64,000 nucleotides of DNA from Candidatus Sabulitectum sp. (GCA_021107435.1 JAIOSV010000089.1:111347-175346); one strand, 5' to 3'; positions 1 through 12,900 are shown, numbered from the stretch's first letter. Notes: generated from the letters alone by a model not told the origin. A program made the numbers and translations.

Positions 1-119
1 TTCGTTTTCTACAATTGCCCGAACAGTAAGCCAGTCTCCATCGTAGGTTTCGCCATCAGCAGGTTCAGAAATGGTCAGGCTTGCTGAGGAAAGAGCAATC
101 ACAGTAAGAGAAGTAAAGA

Positions 120-833
120 TCAGCATTCGGTTCTCCAGTCAGTTGATAAAAGATATGGATATACGGCAACACAACACCTGTCATCGCCGTCAAAGACAGA
201 TTCAATAACTTCGACTCTCACGGGGGATTCAGTAATGGTTTCCCAGATATTCCGGTAAAAGCCAGCTCCGCACAGGCAGTACTCCACAGGCATTCTTATA
301 CCCTGCTTAACTGCTTTGTTCACTCTGGGGCAATGGCAGTACATTTCTCTTCTTGCCTGTGAATCTTTCTCGCCGATCCATTTTCTGAGATTGCCGCTTT
401 TAGGTATTTTTACTGCGATTATCCGGCTACCATCCAGTACACCGGCCACACCCATTCCCATTTCAAGAAGCTTGTTGACAATCTCCATATCCATGAGCAT
501 ACCGTCTCTCAGTGACTCAACAAACTGCTTCCTCAGTAGGTCAATAGCTTCAGGAAAGCTGCCGCTCTTCCTGAAAGCAGCTCGAACAGAGAGCAGCTTT
601 GCCCTGGGGTAATGACAGGCACAACCTGTAACAACATCATGAAGCTCTACTTCAGAAAGTTCCTCCTTCAGTTTGTTCACTGCTCCTGCGGTCCAGCGCA
701 TTACATTCCCAGGAGCAGTGCTGGAGCTGAACTTTTCAGAACCCTTCATTGCTGCCTTCCTGAATTCCTTACTCTTAACCTCGTCAAGCTGCAGGGAAAG
801 CTTCTCCAGCCACATTCTTTCAAAATCCATCAC
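120..833 (-). CDS. hypothetical Cys-rich protein (CHCP...YCLCGAGF, DGDDRCC motifs)
   Basis: 237-aa ORF with no overlapping real gene. Several Cys clusters suggest metal or redox binding. I do not recognise a family. Confidence 0.4.
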   Translation of the reverse strand: MMDFERMWLEKLSLQLDEVKSKEFRKAAMKGSEKFSSSTAPGNVMRWTAGAVNKLKEELSEVELHDVVTGCACHYPRAKLLSVRAAFRKSGSFPEAIDLLRKQFVESLRDGMLMDMEIVNKLLEMGMGVAGVLDGSRIIAVKIPKSGNLRKWIGEKDSQARREMYCHCPRVNKAVKQGIRMPVEYCLCGAGFYRNIWETITESPVRVEVIESVFDGDDRCCVAVYPYLLSTDWRTEC

Positions 834-1014
834 TCCCTGCCTTTTTGTGAAATGAGTGTCATACTCCCAATTTATTGATAATATGGGATATCAGGCAAAA
901 CTGCAATGTTTCATGCGAAACCATTCAGGGCTTTCGGAGCGCATTTCCTTGACTGCGGCAACATTATGAATTACATTATTGTCGTAACGAGATTTTCGTA
1001 ACGACGGGAATGCA

Positions 1015-2151
1015 ATGAACAATCCATTTTCTTACGGCGGTATTGTCAAGGGAGAAACCTTCTGCAACAGAATCACTGAGCAGAAGGATCTGATAAGAGC
1101 AGTTGAAAACAGTGAAAAACTGTTTATCCACGGGGAAAGACGTATCGGCAAAACATCCTTGCTAAAAGCAGTCATTCAGAAAATTGAGAAAAATAGTGGC
1201 ATCTGCTTCTACATTGATGTGTGGAAGTGCCTTGACGAGGATGACTTTTCCAGAGTCTGCGCAAGTGCCTTTGCGGAATACGCTTTTAAAGAGAAACAGA
1301 GTGTTGTAGAAAGGCTGAAAACTCTTTTTGCCGGCATAACCCCATCATTCAGTGTTGATGAAGCAGGCAAACCGTCTGTGACTTTACTGAGAGCCCGCAG
1401 CGATAAACCGGGACCGTTCGTTGACGAAATCCTAAAGGCTCCACAGCGAGTAAGAGCAATAGAACCTGATCGACCGATTCTGGTTGTTTTTGATGAATTC
1501 CAGCAGATAAGAGAGATCTCAGGGCTGAAACTTGAGCAGATTATAAGAAGCAGAGTCCAGGAGCAGCAGAATGTTGCCTACTTTTTTTGCGGAAGCCGCA
1601 CAAGTCTTTTAAAGAAAATGTTTCTGGAAAAGAGCAGCCCGCTTTACAGAAGTTCCGGGCACTATCCGATAGAATCCATCTCACCCAATCACTGGAAGCC
1701 CTTCATCAAAACTGAATTTACAACCACTGGTAAGAGCATCACTGCTGAGACAATCACTGCGCTGGTTGAAGCAACAGGAGGACATCCTTTTTACACCCAG
1801 ATGCTTTGTTCTTCCCTCTGGGACATTACAGATAACACAGTATCCGTGTCTGATCTGGAAAGCGCAACAGATCTCCTTCTTGATCGTGAAAGCAGCACAT
1901 ACATCACTCTGTGGAACGCACTTCCCGAGCAGCCGAGAAAAATGCTGAGAGCCCTGGCTATGGAAAACCCTCTCTTCAAACCAACTTCAGGAAAAACGGT
2001 GCAAACTCATGGATTCGCGTCACCTTCCTCTTCGAAAAGCGCATTGACCTATCTAATTGACAAAGATCATGCAGCACAGAACAAGGATGGCGGTTACTTT
2101 CTGGTGGACAGGTTCCTTGGGATGTGGTGCCGGCGCAACCTTACTCTGTAA
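1015..2151 (+). CDS. AAA+ ATP-binding protein, archaeal-type ATPase family (PF01637-like; DUF234-type C-terminus)
   Basis: N-terminus FxxRxxEL...LFIHGERRIGKTSLLK contains a Walker A. A DEFQ Walker B-like motif follows at VVFDEFQQIRE. This is typical of the ATPase family 'predominantly from Archaea'. Confidence 0.6.
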   Translation: MNNPFSYGGIVKGETFCNRITEQKDLIRAVENSEKLFIHGERRIGKTSLLKAVIQKIEKNSGICFYIDVWKCLDEDDFSRVCASAFAEYAFKEKQSVVERLKTLFAGITPSFSVDEAGKPSVTLLRARSDKPGPFVDEILKAPQRVRAIEPDRPILVVFDEFQQIREISGLKLEQIIRSRVQEQQNVAYFFCGSRTSLLKKMFLEKSSPLYRSSGHYPIESISPNHWKPFIKTEFTTTGKSITAETITALVEATGGHPFYTQMLCSSLWDITDNTVSVSDLESATDLLLDRESSTYITLWNALPEQPRKMLRALAMENPLFKPTSGKTVQTHGFASPSSSKSALTYLIDKDHAAQNKDGGYFLVDRFLGMWCRRNLTL

Positions 2152-2177
2152 GTGAGATACTGAGAGGTTCCGGCAAT

Positions 2178-2951
2178 TCAGTCCCGCTTTTCGTTCAGGG
2201 ATAGTCCACAGATCCGAAGTGGCTCCAGCAAATCCTCGGGATCAGTACTCCACTGGGCCATTTTACGCGAGATGTGCTCTGTCCAGCTGTAGTTGTCAAA
2301 GGTGAATTTCTCCTCTCTGGCTTTGTCGGAAAGAGGAATCATGAACCCGGCTTTTTTGTAGTAGTTCTGCTCAAGGTAGCCACGATCCATTTGATCCATA
2401 GCTCTTTTTACAGAGTCCTCCGGGAAATCAGGATACTTCTCCTGAAAAAGATGGAATTCCATGGGATAACGGGGCCGCACAGGAGGATCCTCGGCAGGAA
2501 AACCCATGGCAAGGATTACAAGAGGAAACACATGGTCAGGAAGGTTGCAGTCTTCCCGAAGCTTTTCTGACATATAGAGCGCAGATCCAACGAAGCAACT
2601 TCCCATCTCCAGGCTTTCCGCTGCTGTAACCATATTCTGAGCCATATAAGCGGCATCCTGCATACCGAACAGCAAGCTGTGAATATTGGAAGCTTCTCTA
2701 TTCCAGCCGCGTACCTTCATGACCTTTTCCATTCTGTGCAGGTCACATAGGATGATGAACTGAATCGGGGCGTTAAAGGCATTTGTCTCTCTGTTCCTCT
2801 GAATAATCACGCTGCCCAGTTGCATAGCGAAGGGAGCCTGCTGACCGGCCCGGACAATTGTTAGAATTTCTTCTTCGGAGGGAATCTGCTCTGTAAACTC
2901 CCTGATGGATTTCCTGTTCATCAGCGAGTCGATTACTGCGTTTCTTATCAT
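2178..2951 (-). CDS. nitroreductase family protein
   Basis: MIRNAVIDSLMNRKSIREFTEQ is a typical nitroreductase N-terminus. The ORF-track start at 3002 adds 17 unlikely residues, so the start was moved to the internal Met. Confidence 0.7.
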   Translation of the reverse strand: MIRNAVIDSLMNRKSIREFTEQIPSEEEILTIVRAGQQAPFAMQLGSVIIQRNRETNAFNAPIQFIILCDLHRMEKVMKVRGWNREASNIHSLLFGMQDAAYMAQNMVTAAESLEMGSCFVGSALYMSEKLREDCNLPDHVFPLVILAMGFPAEDPPVRPRYPMEFHLFQEKYPDFPEDSVKRAMDQMDRGYLEQNYYKKAGFMIPLSDKAREEKFTFDNYSWTEHISRKMAQWSTDPEDLLEPLRICGLSLNEKRD

Positions 2952-3011
2952 GGTGTCTCCTGACAAGGTAAGGAATACCAATTTGATTGCGCAAATACAC
3001 AATGGATACTA

Positions 3012-4103
3012 TTAAAGTTGCAGCTCCATGACATACACTCGGGGAAAAGAACCTGGGCACATTGTGTAAGCGAGAATCCCGTAGTCTGTTATACCGAAAG
3101 CAATCATCTCATCTCCCGGAAGTCCTTCGCAGGTGCAAGTAAATGCCAATTCTCCGTTCATAGTGTAAACATCAAAGGATGGATTGAACCAGGAACCGTG
3201 GCAAGCCCAGAGACATCCCGTTGAGTTCTGCACTTGCAGGTCAGTTATTCCAGGTTCGTGAGCAGACGGCTCCCAGTTCCCCATATCTCCGTCTCTCAAT
3301 TTTCTCCAGATTTGTTCCATCTCGATCTCATCAGCATCACGCAACTCTTGTTCATGCGGGGCGTAGAGAGTATCAAGTAATACTCCATCCATGGAAAACA
3401 CCAGTACCTTGTAATCCTGGGCGTCCGGTGCGACAAAGACAAGGCCGGAACTACTTGCCACAATAGAGTTCTCAAGTTGAACAAACAAGTCGTATATACT
3501 TTCCAGAGCATCAACTTCAAGATATCTCGAAAACAGAACTCGCTCTTTCCTTCCGCTGACTGTGTTCCACACACATATTTCGTAGCCGATACTGACAGAA
3601 TCGCCCTCTCGATCAATACTCCCGACAAAACCAACCACTGTTGAATTGTCAATAAAGCATGGTTCCTGAAGTGCAGTCATCCCATCAAAAGTCACTGATG
3701 ACACAGGAATAGCCAGATTATCAAAGAAGACACACCTTGGAGGCATGTTGAATTCAAACACCGCAAATCTTGAATCAACTACCGCAAGGTACGCAGCGCA
3801 TCGATACTCAAGAGGTCCGTTACCGCAGTAATTACTTGTAACAATGTAATTGCAGTCTCTATCGAAAACTCGCAATTCCTGATATCCCTTATCAAGGAGG
3901 ACAAATGTGGAATCGTTGATAAATGCAGCACCGGAAATGTTTCCGAATACTTCGTATGGCTCTCCGTAATCCACACCCAGAGAATCCACAACAACCAGCC
4001 GTCTTTCTTCAACGATCCGCTCTGGCCGAGCAGGAGATAACTGGCATGCAAACAAATTCACGATAATGGCAATTACTGCAAATGGAATCAATCGTCTCAT
4101 CAA
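3012..4103 (-). CDS. lipoprotein, hypothetical (beta-rich)
   Basis: Signal peptide MMRRLIPFAVIAIIVNLFAC with lipobox LFAC. No recognisable catalytic motifs. Confidence 0.5.
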   Translation of the reverse strand: MMRRLIPFAVIAIIVNLFACQLSPARPERIVEERRLVVVDSLGVDYGEPYEVFGNISGAAFINDSTFVLLDKGYQELRVFDRDCNYIVTSNYCGNGPLEYRCAAYLAVVDSRFAVFEFNMPPRCVFFDNLAIPVSSVTFDGMTALQEPCFIDNSTVVGFVGSIDREGDSVSIGYEICVWNTVSGRKERVLFSRYLEVDALESIYDLFVQLENSIVASSSGLVFVAPDAQDYKVLVFSMDGVLLDTLYAPHEQELRDADEIEMEQIWRKLRDGDMGNWEPSAHEPGITDLQVQNSTGCLWACHGSWFNPSFDVYTMNGELAFTCTCEGLPGDEMIAFGITDYGILAYTMCPGSFPRVYVMELQL

Positions 4104-4170
4104 TACTCCTGAACAATTCAGTTTTTCTCAGGTAGTGTCTGGTTATTGAATTTGTTCCTGCTCCATAGAG

Positions 4171-4213
4171 AAAACCCCGCCAGGTATAAACCGTGGCGGG
4201 GCTTTTCTATTTG
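4171..4213 (-). terminator. Rho-independent terminator after rpsG
   Basis: Minus strand reads AAAAGCCCCGCCACGG-loop-CCTGGCGGGG followed by TTTTCTCTAT, with an 8-bp GC stem. The plus strand also ends GGGGCTTTTCTATTT, so it is bidirectional. Confidence 0.55.
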
Positions 4214-4220
4214 TCCGGGG

Positions 4221-4688
4221 TTACCAGCGGTAGTGGGCGAACGCCTTGTTGGCGTCGGCCATCTTGTGGGTATCCTCTTTCTTTTTGACGCTTGCGCCCT
4301 CGTTGCGGGCTGCATCCATGAACTCGGCGGCCAGACGCGATCTCATTGTATTACCCTTGCGCTTTCTTGAATAGCCGATAATCCACCTCATGGCAAGTGC
4401 GTCCCTTTCTTCAGGGCGGACCTCCAATGGAATCTGATATGTGGATCCACCAACACGACGGCTCTTGACCTTCAGTGTGGGACGGACATTGTTCATGGCC
4501 TTGCTGAAAACGGACACGGGATCCTGCCCGGTCTTTTCGGAAATAATATCAAACGCGCCGTATACAATAGCTTCGGCTACTGATTTCTTACCCTGCAGCA
4601 TAATGTTGTTGATAAACTTTGCAACAACAAGATTGCCGTATCGTACATCAGGCAGAATTTCTCTGCGTTTTGGTCTGTTTCTTCTCAT
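4221..4688 (-). CDS. rpsG: 30S ribosomal protein S7
   Basis: [19 protein letters not shown]...HYRW shows full-length S7 similarity. Confidence 0.95.
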   Translation of the reverse strand: MRRNRPKRREILPDVRYGNLVVAKFINNIMLQGKKSVAEAIVYGAFDIISEKTGQDPVSVFSKAMNNVRPTLKVKSRRVGGSTYQIPLEVRPEERDALAMRWIIGYSRKRKGNTMRSRLAAEFMDAARNEGASVKKKEDTHKMADANKAFAHYRW

Positions 4689-4705
4689 TTTCTATATTCC
4701 CCGCT

Positions 4706-5077
4706 CTACGATTCCCGTTTTGTTCCGTATTTGGAACGGCTCTGTTTTCTGCCTTCCACGCCGCTTGTATCCTCAACACCACGAATGATGTGATAACGCA
4801 CGCCGGGAAGATCTTTGACTCGGCCGCCCCTTACAAGAACAACGGAGTGCTCATTAAGGTTGTGTCCCTCGCCGGGAATATATGCTGTAATCTCGAACCC
4901 GTTGCGAAGCCTCACACGTGCAACCTTACGGAGTGCCGAGTTGGGTTTCTTCGGGGTGGAAGTATACACGCGGGTGCAAATTCCTTTTCTCTGCGGGCAA
5001 CCTGTGAGAGCAGGAGCCTTGGTCTTCTGTGTCGGCTTCTTGCGCCCTTTTCGCACCAGCTGATTAATGGTGGGCAA
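4706..5077 (-). CDS. rpsL: 30S ribosomal protein S12
   Basis: [14 protein letters not shown]...[11 protein letters not shown] is the S12 signature. Confidence 0.96.
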   Translation of the reverse strand: MPTINQLVRKGRKKPTQKTKAPALTGCPQRKGICTRVYTSTPKKPNSALRKVARVRLRNGFEITAYIPGEGHNLNEHSVVLVRGGRVKDLPGVRYHIIRGVEDTSGVEGRKQSRSKYGTKRES

Positions 5078-5141
5078 ACTTTCTCCTTTCGTGGGTCAGC
5101 TCGCGCGAGCTGCCGTTTCTCCTTTTACAGTGAGTGCAACT

Positions 5142-8100
5142 CTATACATGAATAAACTTATCGTCAACCTCTGGCTCCGGTACCGGTATCGGCAACTCAG
5201 ATCCATCACTCATGGAAATGGTGAGACTGCGGTAACCTTTCACTCCGGTTCCTGCCGGAACCAGATGTCCCACAATTACATTTTCCTTCAAGCCAACCAG
5301 TCTGTCAAGCTTGCCATTTATGGCTGCGTCTGAAAGAACCGAATTGGTCTCCTGGAAGGACGCGGCGGACAGAAAGCTGTTAGTTGCCAGTGATGCCTTA
5401 GTTATACCAAGCAGCATTACATCACTGGAAGCGGGGCGTCTCCCCTGATTCATCATTTCCATGTTTACCTTGTTCAGGATGAGACGGTTGACTCTTGCTC
5501 CTTCGAGGAACTGTGTGTCTCCGGCGTTCTCAATCCTGGCTTTACCCAGCATCTGCCTTACGACAATGCCGATGTGTTTATCGTTGATCTTAACACCCTG
5601 AAGCCTGTAGACCTCCTGGATCTCATTAAGAAGGTAATCCTCAACACTTTCTGTTCCAATTACCCTGAGAATATCGTGGGGATCAAGCGGTCCGTCAGTA
5701 AGTTTGTCTCCGGCTTCCACATGATCACCTTCGCGAACCCTTATGTGCTTGGTTGCCTGTATCTTAACACTGGCTTCCTGACCCTGATCGCCCATTATAG
5801 TCACCGTACGCATCGCAGCTTTAATCGGACTCAACCCGATAGTTCCACTGATTTCCGCTATGGCAGCCGCATCACTGGGTCGCCTTGCTTCAAAAAGTTC
5901 GTCGACGCGGGGAAGTCCGCCGGTGATGTCCCGCTGCATTCCGGCTCTTTTCACCATTCTTGCGATATGCGTTCCAGTCCTGATGAGATGCCCGTCTCGC
6001 ACATGAAGCGTGGCTCCGCTGGGGATGGGGTAAACACCTCTCACATGATCCTTGATGAATTGCTCCACCGGATCCTGACCCATCTGACGCTGCTTTCCTC
6101 GAACAACGATATGACTTCTGAATCCGCCTTTCTGGAAGAAGCTTACAAGAACCAGGATTCGTGAAGTTGCAATAATATCGCTTAATCGCAGTATTACCTG
6201 CCTGGTTCCCGCATGGGCTTTGTCAAGACTGGCCAGACCCATTACAAAAGGATGCTTCTGGCTGTAGTTGATCAAAACATCCATGAACTCGTCCTCAAGC
6301 TCGTCATTCTTTCGACTGCTGGAAGCTGCAAGGCGATCTGTAACATCCTTCAGAAGGGCAAATTCTGTCTTATCCTTCTTGCCCTTTGCTGTTGCTTTAC
6401 CCAGTTGCTGAACAATCTCAACAAAAGCTGCATAGCTGCCTGTTCCAACTCTCCTGCAATCAAGAGAAATGAAAGAAGTTTCAGAAGTGCTCTCCGCGTA
6501 ACTTGCAAGAATGTCATCGTAAAGTGAAGTAGGACGAGCGGCATTCGTATCACGATATGTGAAAACGATTCTGCCGTTCGCGGTCTCCGCTTCTCTGAGA
6601 AGTTCGTTGAAGGTAAGAAGTTCCTCTTCTCTGCGCCTTGGACGACCTGAAAGAACCACCATAAACTCAGGGAGAATGAAGACATGGGGATGAAGCGTGC
6701 GACTTCTATCCTCAACAATAATCATCTGCCTGTGTTGTTCGCTGTCAATGTCTTCCTGCAGTGTAACATCCTCTTCAATATCCACATAGTGTATGGAGCC
6801 TGAATGCTCGCTGACAATGGGATTACTGAATGGTTCAGCTATAAAGAGCAATTCGTCCCGCTTGACTATCTGATCATCTGTGATGAGCATGATTGAACCG
6901 GGAGATATCTCATAAGTTGAAAGAATTTCCCCATCGCTGTCAATCACATCAATTTGTCCGTTTCTGGAAGCAATAACACTGGAATTGCCATCGACATCAA
7001 CACCCTCCACCAGGTGTATGTTCCTGAAACTGACCTTACCGGGGTGCCTTGCTTTTACCTGGTTGTCCTGTGCCTCGCGAGACGCGACACCTCCTGTATG
7101 GAAGGTACGCAGCGTAAGCTGAGTACCAGGCTCACCGATTGACTGAGCCGCAATAACACCGGCAGCCTCACCCTCGGTAACCATACGGTTACGGCTGAGA
7201 TCCCAGCCATAGCACTTGGCGCAAAGGCCACGCTCTGCTTCACATGTGAGCACAGAACGGATTTTTACAGACTCTAGTGAACGTGAATCTATGTATGACG
7301 CGAGCCTGGATGTTATCTCCGCCCCTGCCTCACATATTATTTCATCTGTCACAGGATCGTAAACATCCTCGGCAGTTACTCTTCCCACAATTCGTTCACT
7401 GAGTTTCTCTATGACCTTTTCGCCCTCTTTGAGAGATGAAATTTCACGACCTCGAATTGTTCCACAGTCATCTGTGGTGATTACCACATCCTGACAGACA
7501 TCCACCAGCCGGCGGGTCAGGTAACCGGCATCAGCCGTTTTTAACGCAGTGTCGGCAAGACCCTTTCTGGAACCGTGTGTGGAGATTGAGTATTCGATAA
7601 CAGAAAGACCTTCTTTAAGAGAGCTGATGATTGGAGTTTCGATGGTCTCACCGATTTCACCGGAAAGCTTCTTCTTGGGCTTGGCCATGAGACCTCGCAT
7701 TCCCGCGAGCTGACGAACCTGCTCAACACTTCCTCTTGCGCCTGAATTGGCCATAAGAAAAATCGGGTTGAACCCGTGGTTGTCATGGCTTAGCTGCTCC
7801 ATCATGGAGTCCTTCACGTCATCGGTGGCCTTTGACCAAACATCTATGACCTTATTGTACCTGTCACTTTCGGTCATTTCTCCCTTGCGGGAAGCGAATT
7901 CGATCTGGGCAACACGGTCAGTACTCTCCTTGACTATCCCTTTCTTTTCAGTCGGTATGATCATGTCATTCATACCTACTGTCAGACCGCTTAAGGTGCT
8001 GTATTTGAATCCGAGATCCTTAAGGTTGTCAAGGAAAACAGCAGTTTTTACAGCTCCAAGTTCTGTGAATGATCTGGACACCATACGGTTCAAGCCCTTT

Positions 8101-9923
8101 TTACCAAACACCCTGGCATGGGATTCAGTCAGCCCGTTTGCCATAATGTACCCCATTCCCTCTGGAACTATGGAGTTGAAAATAACCTGACCTGGCGTGG
8201 TATAGTCTTTCCAGTACTTGGGTTGACGCCTTTCACCTTTGGAGTTTGTCTCTTTTATCTTGTTGATACCCCGTATCTTAATCCTTGAGTGGAGATTAAC
8301 TTTCCCCGCGTCCAGGGCACCTATAACCTCATCTGTTGAAGAAAACATCATGCCTTCTCCCAGATCTTTTGCCAGCGGTTTTGTTATGTAATAAGCGCCA
8401 ATAACAATATCGTGACTTGGGGCTGCGACCGGTTCACCGCTGGATGGCTTGAGAATGTTACGGCTCCCCAGCATAAGTATCCGGGCTTCCACTTGAGCCT
8501 CGGCGGAGAGTGGTAAGTGAACTGCCATCTGATCACCGTCGAAATCAGCATTGAACGCGGCGCATGCAAGAGGATGGAGCCTGATAGCAAGACCTTCTAC
8601 CAGAACCGGTTCAAATGCCTGTATGCCAAGTCTGTGCAGTGTGGGTGCTCTATTCAGCATAACTGGATGGTTCGCGATAACCTCTTCCAGAATAGCCCAT
8701 ACTATCTCTTCTTTATCCTCAACCTGCTTTTGAGCCATTTTGATTTTATCACCGGTTAATCTGGCAAGTCTGCCAACAACAAACGGCTTGAATAGTTCCA
8801 AAGCCATCGTTTTGGGAAGACCGCACTGGTGCATTCTCAGCTCAGGTCCCACAACAATAACCGAACGACCGGAGTAATCCACACGCTTTCCGAGAAGATT
8901 CTGGCGGAATCGTCCCCGCTTGCCCTTCAGAAGGTCAGAAAGACTGCGGAGCGGACGCATTCCAGCGCCTTTTACAGGTTTCCTGCGACTGCCGTTGTCA
9001 AGCACAGCGTCAACTGCCTCCTGCAGCATTCTCTTCTCGTTGCGAAGAATCACGTCAGGAGCCTGAAGATCCAGAAGCCTGAGAAGCCGGTTGTTTCTGT
9101 TGATAACACGCCTGTAGAGATCGTTAAGATCACTGGAAGCGAACCTTCCACCTTCAAGCGGTACAAGAGGCCTGAGGTCGGGAGGAAGCACAGGGAGAAT
9201 CCTGAGGATCATCCATTCAGGCTTGTTGTCGTTCTTGGAGCTTTCAAAGGCAACCACTTCCTTCAGACGCTTAAGATTTTTCTGACGTCTGCTCTGTGTG
9301 GTTTCGTTGGCAATGCTGGTTCTCAGAGTAGCAGCGAGCTCATCAAGATCAATCTCACTGAGAAGCTTCGCGACGGCCTCTGCTCCCATTCCAACCGTGA
9401 ATGCGTCCTCGCCGTAGGTTTCCCTCGCGGCGTAGTAATCCTCGTCATCCAGAACCTTTCCAGGCTTAAGGGACGGATGTTCACTGGTGATAACAATGTA
9501 CGATTCGTAGTAAAGAACTCTCTCCAGGTTAAGATTGGTAATATCAAGAAGTTTGTTGATTTTACGACTCTTGAAATACCATATATGAGAGACAGGTACC
9601 GCAAGCTCAATGTGCCCCATACGACTTCTTCTCACCCTTGAGTGAGTAACTTCGACACCGCACCGGTCACATTTAACGCCCCTGTAGCGGGGCTTTTTGT
9701 ACCTTCCGCAACTGCACTCCCAGTCCTTCACAGGACCGAATATTTTTTCACAAAAGAGACCGTCAGCCTCAGGTTTGTAACTGCGGTAATTTATTGTTTC
9801 AGCCTTTGTTACTTCTCCGTAAGACCATTCCTTAACGGTCTCAGGCGAAGCAAGACTGATCCTTATTCCTGAGAAATTAGCCGGAAATGTATTGGCATCT
9901 CTTAGGGAATGTGAATCAAGCAT
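5142..9923 (-). CDS. rpoC: DNA-directed RNA polymerase subunit beta'
   Basis: Contains the NADFDGD catalytic motif and full beta' conservation. The ORF track starts at 9941 (MRGRGRM...). The second ATG at 9923 follows the rpoB TAG by one base and has a GGGAGAGG SD, so it was chosen as the start. The product is 1593-1599 aa and carries a lineage-specific insertion. Confidence 0.93.
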   Translation of the reverse strand: MLDSHSLRDANTFPANFSGIRISLASPETVKEWSYGEVTKAETINYRSYKPEADGLFCEKIFGPVKDWECSCGRYKKPRYRGVKCDRCGVEVTHSRVRRSRMGHIELAVPVSHIWYFKSRKINKLLDITNLNLERVLYYESYIVITSEHPSLKPGKVLDDEDYYAARETYGEDAFTVGMGAEAVAKLLSEIDLDELAATLRTSIANETTQSRRQKNLKRLKEVVAFESSKNDNKPEWMILRILPVLPPDLRPLVPLEGGRFASSDLNDLYRRVINRNNRLLRLLDLQAPDVILRNEKRMLQEAVDAVLDNGSRRKPVKGAGMRPLRSLSDLLKGKRGRFRQNLLGKRVDYSGRSVIVVGPELRMHQCGLPKTMALELFKPFVVGRLARLTGDKIKMAQKQVEDKEEIVWAILEEVIANHPVMLNRAPTLHRLGIQAFEPVLVEGLAIRLHPLACAAFNADFDGDQMAVHLPLSAEAQVEARILMLGSRNILKPSSGEPVAAPSHDIVIGAYYITKPLAKDLGEGMMFSSTDEVIGALDAGKVNLHSRIKIRGINKIKETNSKGERRQPKYWKDYTTPGQVIFNSIVPEGMGYIMANGLTESHARVFGKKGLNRMVSRSFTELGAVKTAVFLDNLKDLGFKYSTLSGLTVGMNDMIIPTEKKGIVKESTDRVAQIEFASRKGEMTESDRYNKVIDVWSKATDDVKDSMMEQLSHDNHGFNPIFLMANSGARGSVEQVRQLAGMRGLMAKPKKKLSGEIGETIETPIISSLKEGLSVIEYSISTHGSRKGLADTALKTADAGYLTRRLVDVCQDVVITTDDCGTIRGREISSLKEGEKVIEKLSERIVGRVTAEDVYDPVTDEIICEAGAEITSRLASYIDSRSLESVKIRSVLTCEAERGLCAKCYGWDLSRNRMVTEGEAAGVIAAQSIGEPGTQLTLRTFHTGGVASREAQDNQVKARHPGKVSFRNIHLVEGVDVDGNSSVIASRNGQIDVIDSDGEILSTYEISPGSIMLITDDQIVKRDELLFIAEPFSNPIVSEHSGSIHYVDIEEDVTLQEDIDSEQHRQMIIVEDRSRTLHPHVFILPEFMVVLSGRPRRREEELLTFNELLREAETANGRIVFTYRDTNAARPTSLYDDILASYAESTSETSFISLDCRRVGTGSYAAFVEIVQQLGKATAKGKKDKTEFALLKDVTDRLAASSSRKNDELEDEFMDVLINYSQKHPFVMGLASLDKAHAGTRQVILRLSDIIATSRILVLVSFFQKGGFRSHIVVRGKQRQMGQDPVEQFIKDHVRGVYPIPSGATLHVRDGHLIRTGTHIARMVKRAGMQRDITGGLPRVDELFEARRPSDAAAIAEISGTIGLSPIKAAMRTVTIMGDQGQEASVKIQATKHIRVREGDHVEAGDKLTDGPLDPHDILRVIGTESVEDYLLNEIQEVYRLQGVKINDKHIGIVVRQMLGKARIENAGDTQFLEGARVNRLILNKVNMEMMNQGRRPASSDVMLLGITKASLATNSFLSAASFQETNSVLSDAAINGKLDRLVGLKENVIVGHLVPAGTGVKGYRSLTISMSDGSELPIPVPEPEVDDKFIHV

Positions 9924-9924
9924 T

Positions 9925-12900
9925 CTACCTCTCCCTCTCATCAGTCATGTCAAGTTCGACATCCAGAGCAAGGCTCCTCATCTCACTGAGAAGAACATTA
10001 AACGCTTCAGGCGTTCCTCTGGTTTCGACATTCCTGCCATGAACAATTGCCTTATATGCTTCAGTACGCCCATCCACATCATCACTCTTGATGGTAAGCA
10101 TTTCCTGAAGACAGTGTGACGCACCATACGCCTCAAGAGCCCAGACTTCCATCTCACCAAGCCTCTGTCCACCATTCTGGGCTTTTCCACCCAGCGGTTG
10201 CTGTGTAACCATGGCGTATGGACCTGTGGACCTTGCATGTATCTTGTCCTCAACCTGATGAGCAAGTTTCAGCATGTACATTCTGCCTACAGTCACCCTT
10301 TGGTCGAATGGCTCACCGGTTCTGCCGTTGTAAAGAACGGTTTTGCCGTCGCGGCTGTGCCCGGCTTCCTCCAGAAGATCACTTATTGTTTCATTGTTAA
10401 TGCTGTCAAATACCGGAGTTATGGCATTAATGCCAAGATCAGCGGCAGCCATACCCAGGTTGGTTTCCATAATCTGCCCGACATTCATTCTACTGGGCAC
10501 GCCCAGAGGATTAAGGCAGATATCAACTGGTGTGCCATCAGGAAGATACGGCATATCCTCTTCCGGAACGATGATGCTAACAACACCCTTGTTGCCGTGT
10601 CGTCCAGCCATCTTGTCACCGATACGAAGTGTGCGCCGTTTGGCAATGTAAACTTTTACCAGACGAGTAACGCCGGGCTTAAGCTCATCTCCGCGATGGA
10701 GTTTGTCCTCTATACCCTGGTAATTTTCATTCAGCTCCTTGAGCTTGTTCTCTGCGCTGCGAAGGATTCTTCTGGCTCTGTCATCAACCACAAGATCCTC
10801 AACAAGCTGACGATTGAAATCCAGATCAGTGAAATCAACTTTCTTAAGGAAAGTAACAGTAATTTTTCTTCCCTCGGGAATCAACTGCTCACCGGTGACA
10901 CCATCAATGAATGTTGCTGCTTTCTGTCCGGTGAGAACCTCCCGAAGCATTGAATCCCGGTCTTCAAATAGTCGTCTTTCGCTCTCAATACGCTCTTCGC
11001 GAAGTGTGTCAACACGGGATTCTATTTCCCGTCTTCCACGCTCGGTGTCATCTCTGCGGGAGTACACTTTCACATCAACAACAATTCCGGACATACCAAC
11101 TGGAGCCTTCAGCGAAGTGTCTTTCACATCACTGGCTCTTTTGCCGAAAATAGCACGGATAAGACGCTCTTCCGGAGAGAGATCCTGCTCCCCCTTGGGA
11201 CTCACCTTTCCTACAAGAATATCCCCGGCTCTGATCCTGGAGCCAATGCGTACAATACCGCTCTCGTCAAGATTGCGCATTGCGTCACGCTTCTCCGTTG
11301 CGTTGGGAAGATCGTAGGTAAGCTCTTCGGGGCCAAGCTTGGTCTCGCGAAACTGAGTTTCAAATTCAACGATGTGAACAGAGGTGAAGGTGTCATCCTT
11401 AACAACCCTCTCACTAACAACTATAGCATCTTCAAAGTTGTAGCCGTTCCAGGGCATAAACGCTACCAGAGCGTTTACACCAATGGCAAGTCTGCCGTTC
11501 TTTGTTGCCATTCCATCCGCGAGAATATCACCTTTCTTTACCAGATCCCCGATAGATGCGAGAGGCTTCTGATTTACACAGGTATCCTGATTTGAACGTT
11601 CGAACTTTCTGAGGCTATATACATCTTCTCTGTCAAAATCATATTCATCGCCATCAGCTTTAACAACAATCCTGCCAGCGTCAATATGAGTTATGATGCC
11701 TGCTCTGTCAGCTGTGACAAGAGCACCGCTGTCTCTCGCGGCAACCTCTTCCATGCCTGTGCCCACCACCGGGTCTTCAGTGAAAAGCAAAGGCACAGCC
11801 TGGCGCTGCATATTGGAGCCCATTAATGCTCTGTTTGCGTCATCGTGCTCGAGGAAAGGAATCAGAGCAGCTGAAAGTCCTACAAGCTGCATGGGACTCA
11901 CATCAATGTATTCTACTTCCTCAGGGGTAACCATGGGAAAACTTCCGGCCTTTCTTGCCCTTACAAGAGGGCCTGCAAGCCTGTTTTCCTCATCCACCCG
12001 GGAATCCGCTTCCGCTACAGTTGTTCTGTCCTCTTTGTCAGCGGAAAGGAAAGAAACTTCGTTGGTAATCTTTCCGTTAATTACACGCCTGTAAGGAGTT
12101 TCAAGGAAACCAAATCTGTTTATTGAAGCATACACAGAGAGGGTTGTGATAAGGCCGATGTTGGGTCCCTCGGGGGTTTCTACCGGGCAGACACGACCGT
12201 AATGCGTGTGATGCACATCCCTGACATCAAAGCCTGCTCTTTCTCTGGTAAGACCACCCTCTCCAAGCGCACTTGTTCTGCGCTTGTGGGTAAGCTCCGC
12301 CAGTGGATTCGTCTGCTCCATAAACTGGGACAACTGACTCTGTCCGAAGAAGGAGTTTATCACGCTGGAAAGGGTTCTTGAGTTAACAAGATCCTGAGGT
12401 CTCAGCTTCTCCCTGTCCTGCTGTCCCATCCTGTCTTTTATTGTTCTGGCCATCCTGGCAAGTCCCTTTGAAAATTCCTGACCCAGAAGCTCGCCAACGG
12501 TTTTAACTCTTCTGTTACCCAGATGATCGATGTCATCAGAGACATTCGTTCCCTCTCTGAGGCAAATGAGATTATCAACTATTGAGACAAGATCAGGGAC
12601 GGTAAGAGTCAGCTTGTCCATGGATGTGTTTATGTTCAGTCTCTCGTTGAGTTTGTAACGACCCACTTCGCTGAGACTGTATCGTTTGCTGTCAAAGAAC
12701 ATGGATCTGAGGTAACTCCTCGCGTGATCCAGCGAGGGAGCGTCGGTTCCACGAAGAGCCTCGTATATCCACATAGTTGCAGAGGCTTCACTCTTCTCAA
12801 CTCCTGCGCCCAGCGCAGCCTCTTCCTTTGCCAGTGTTCGGCGTATACTGTCGATGCTGTTGCGATCATTACGTGGCTCAAGGAATTTTATCTTTACTAT

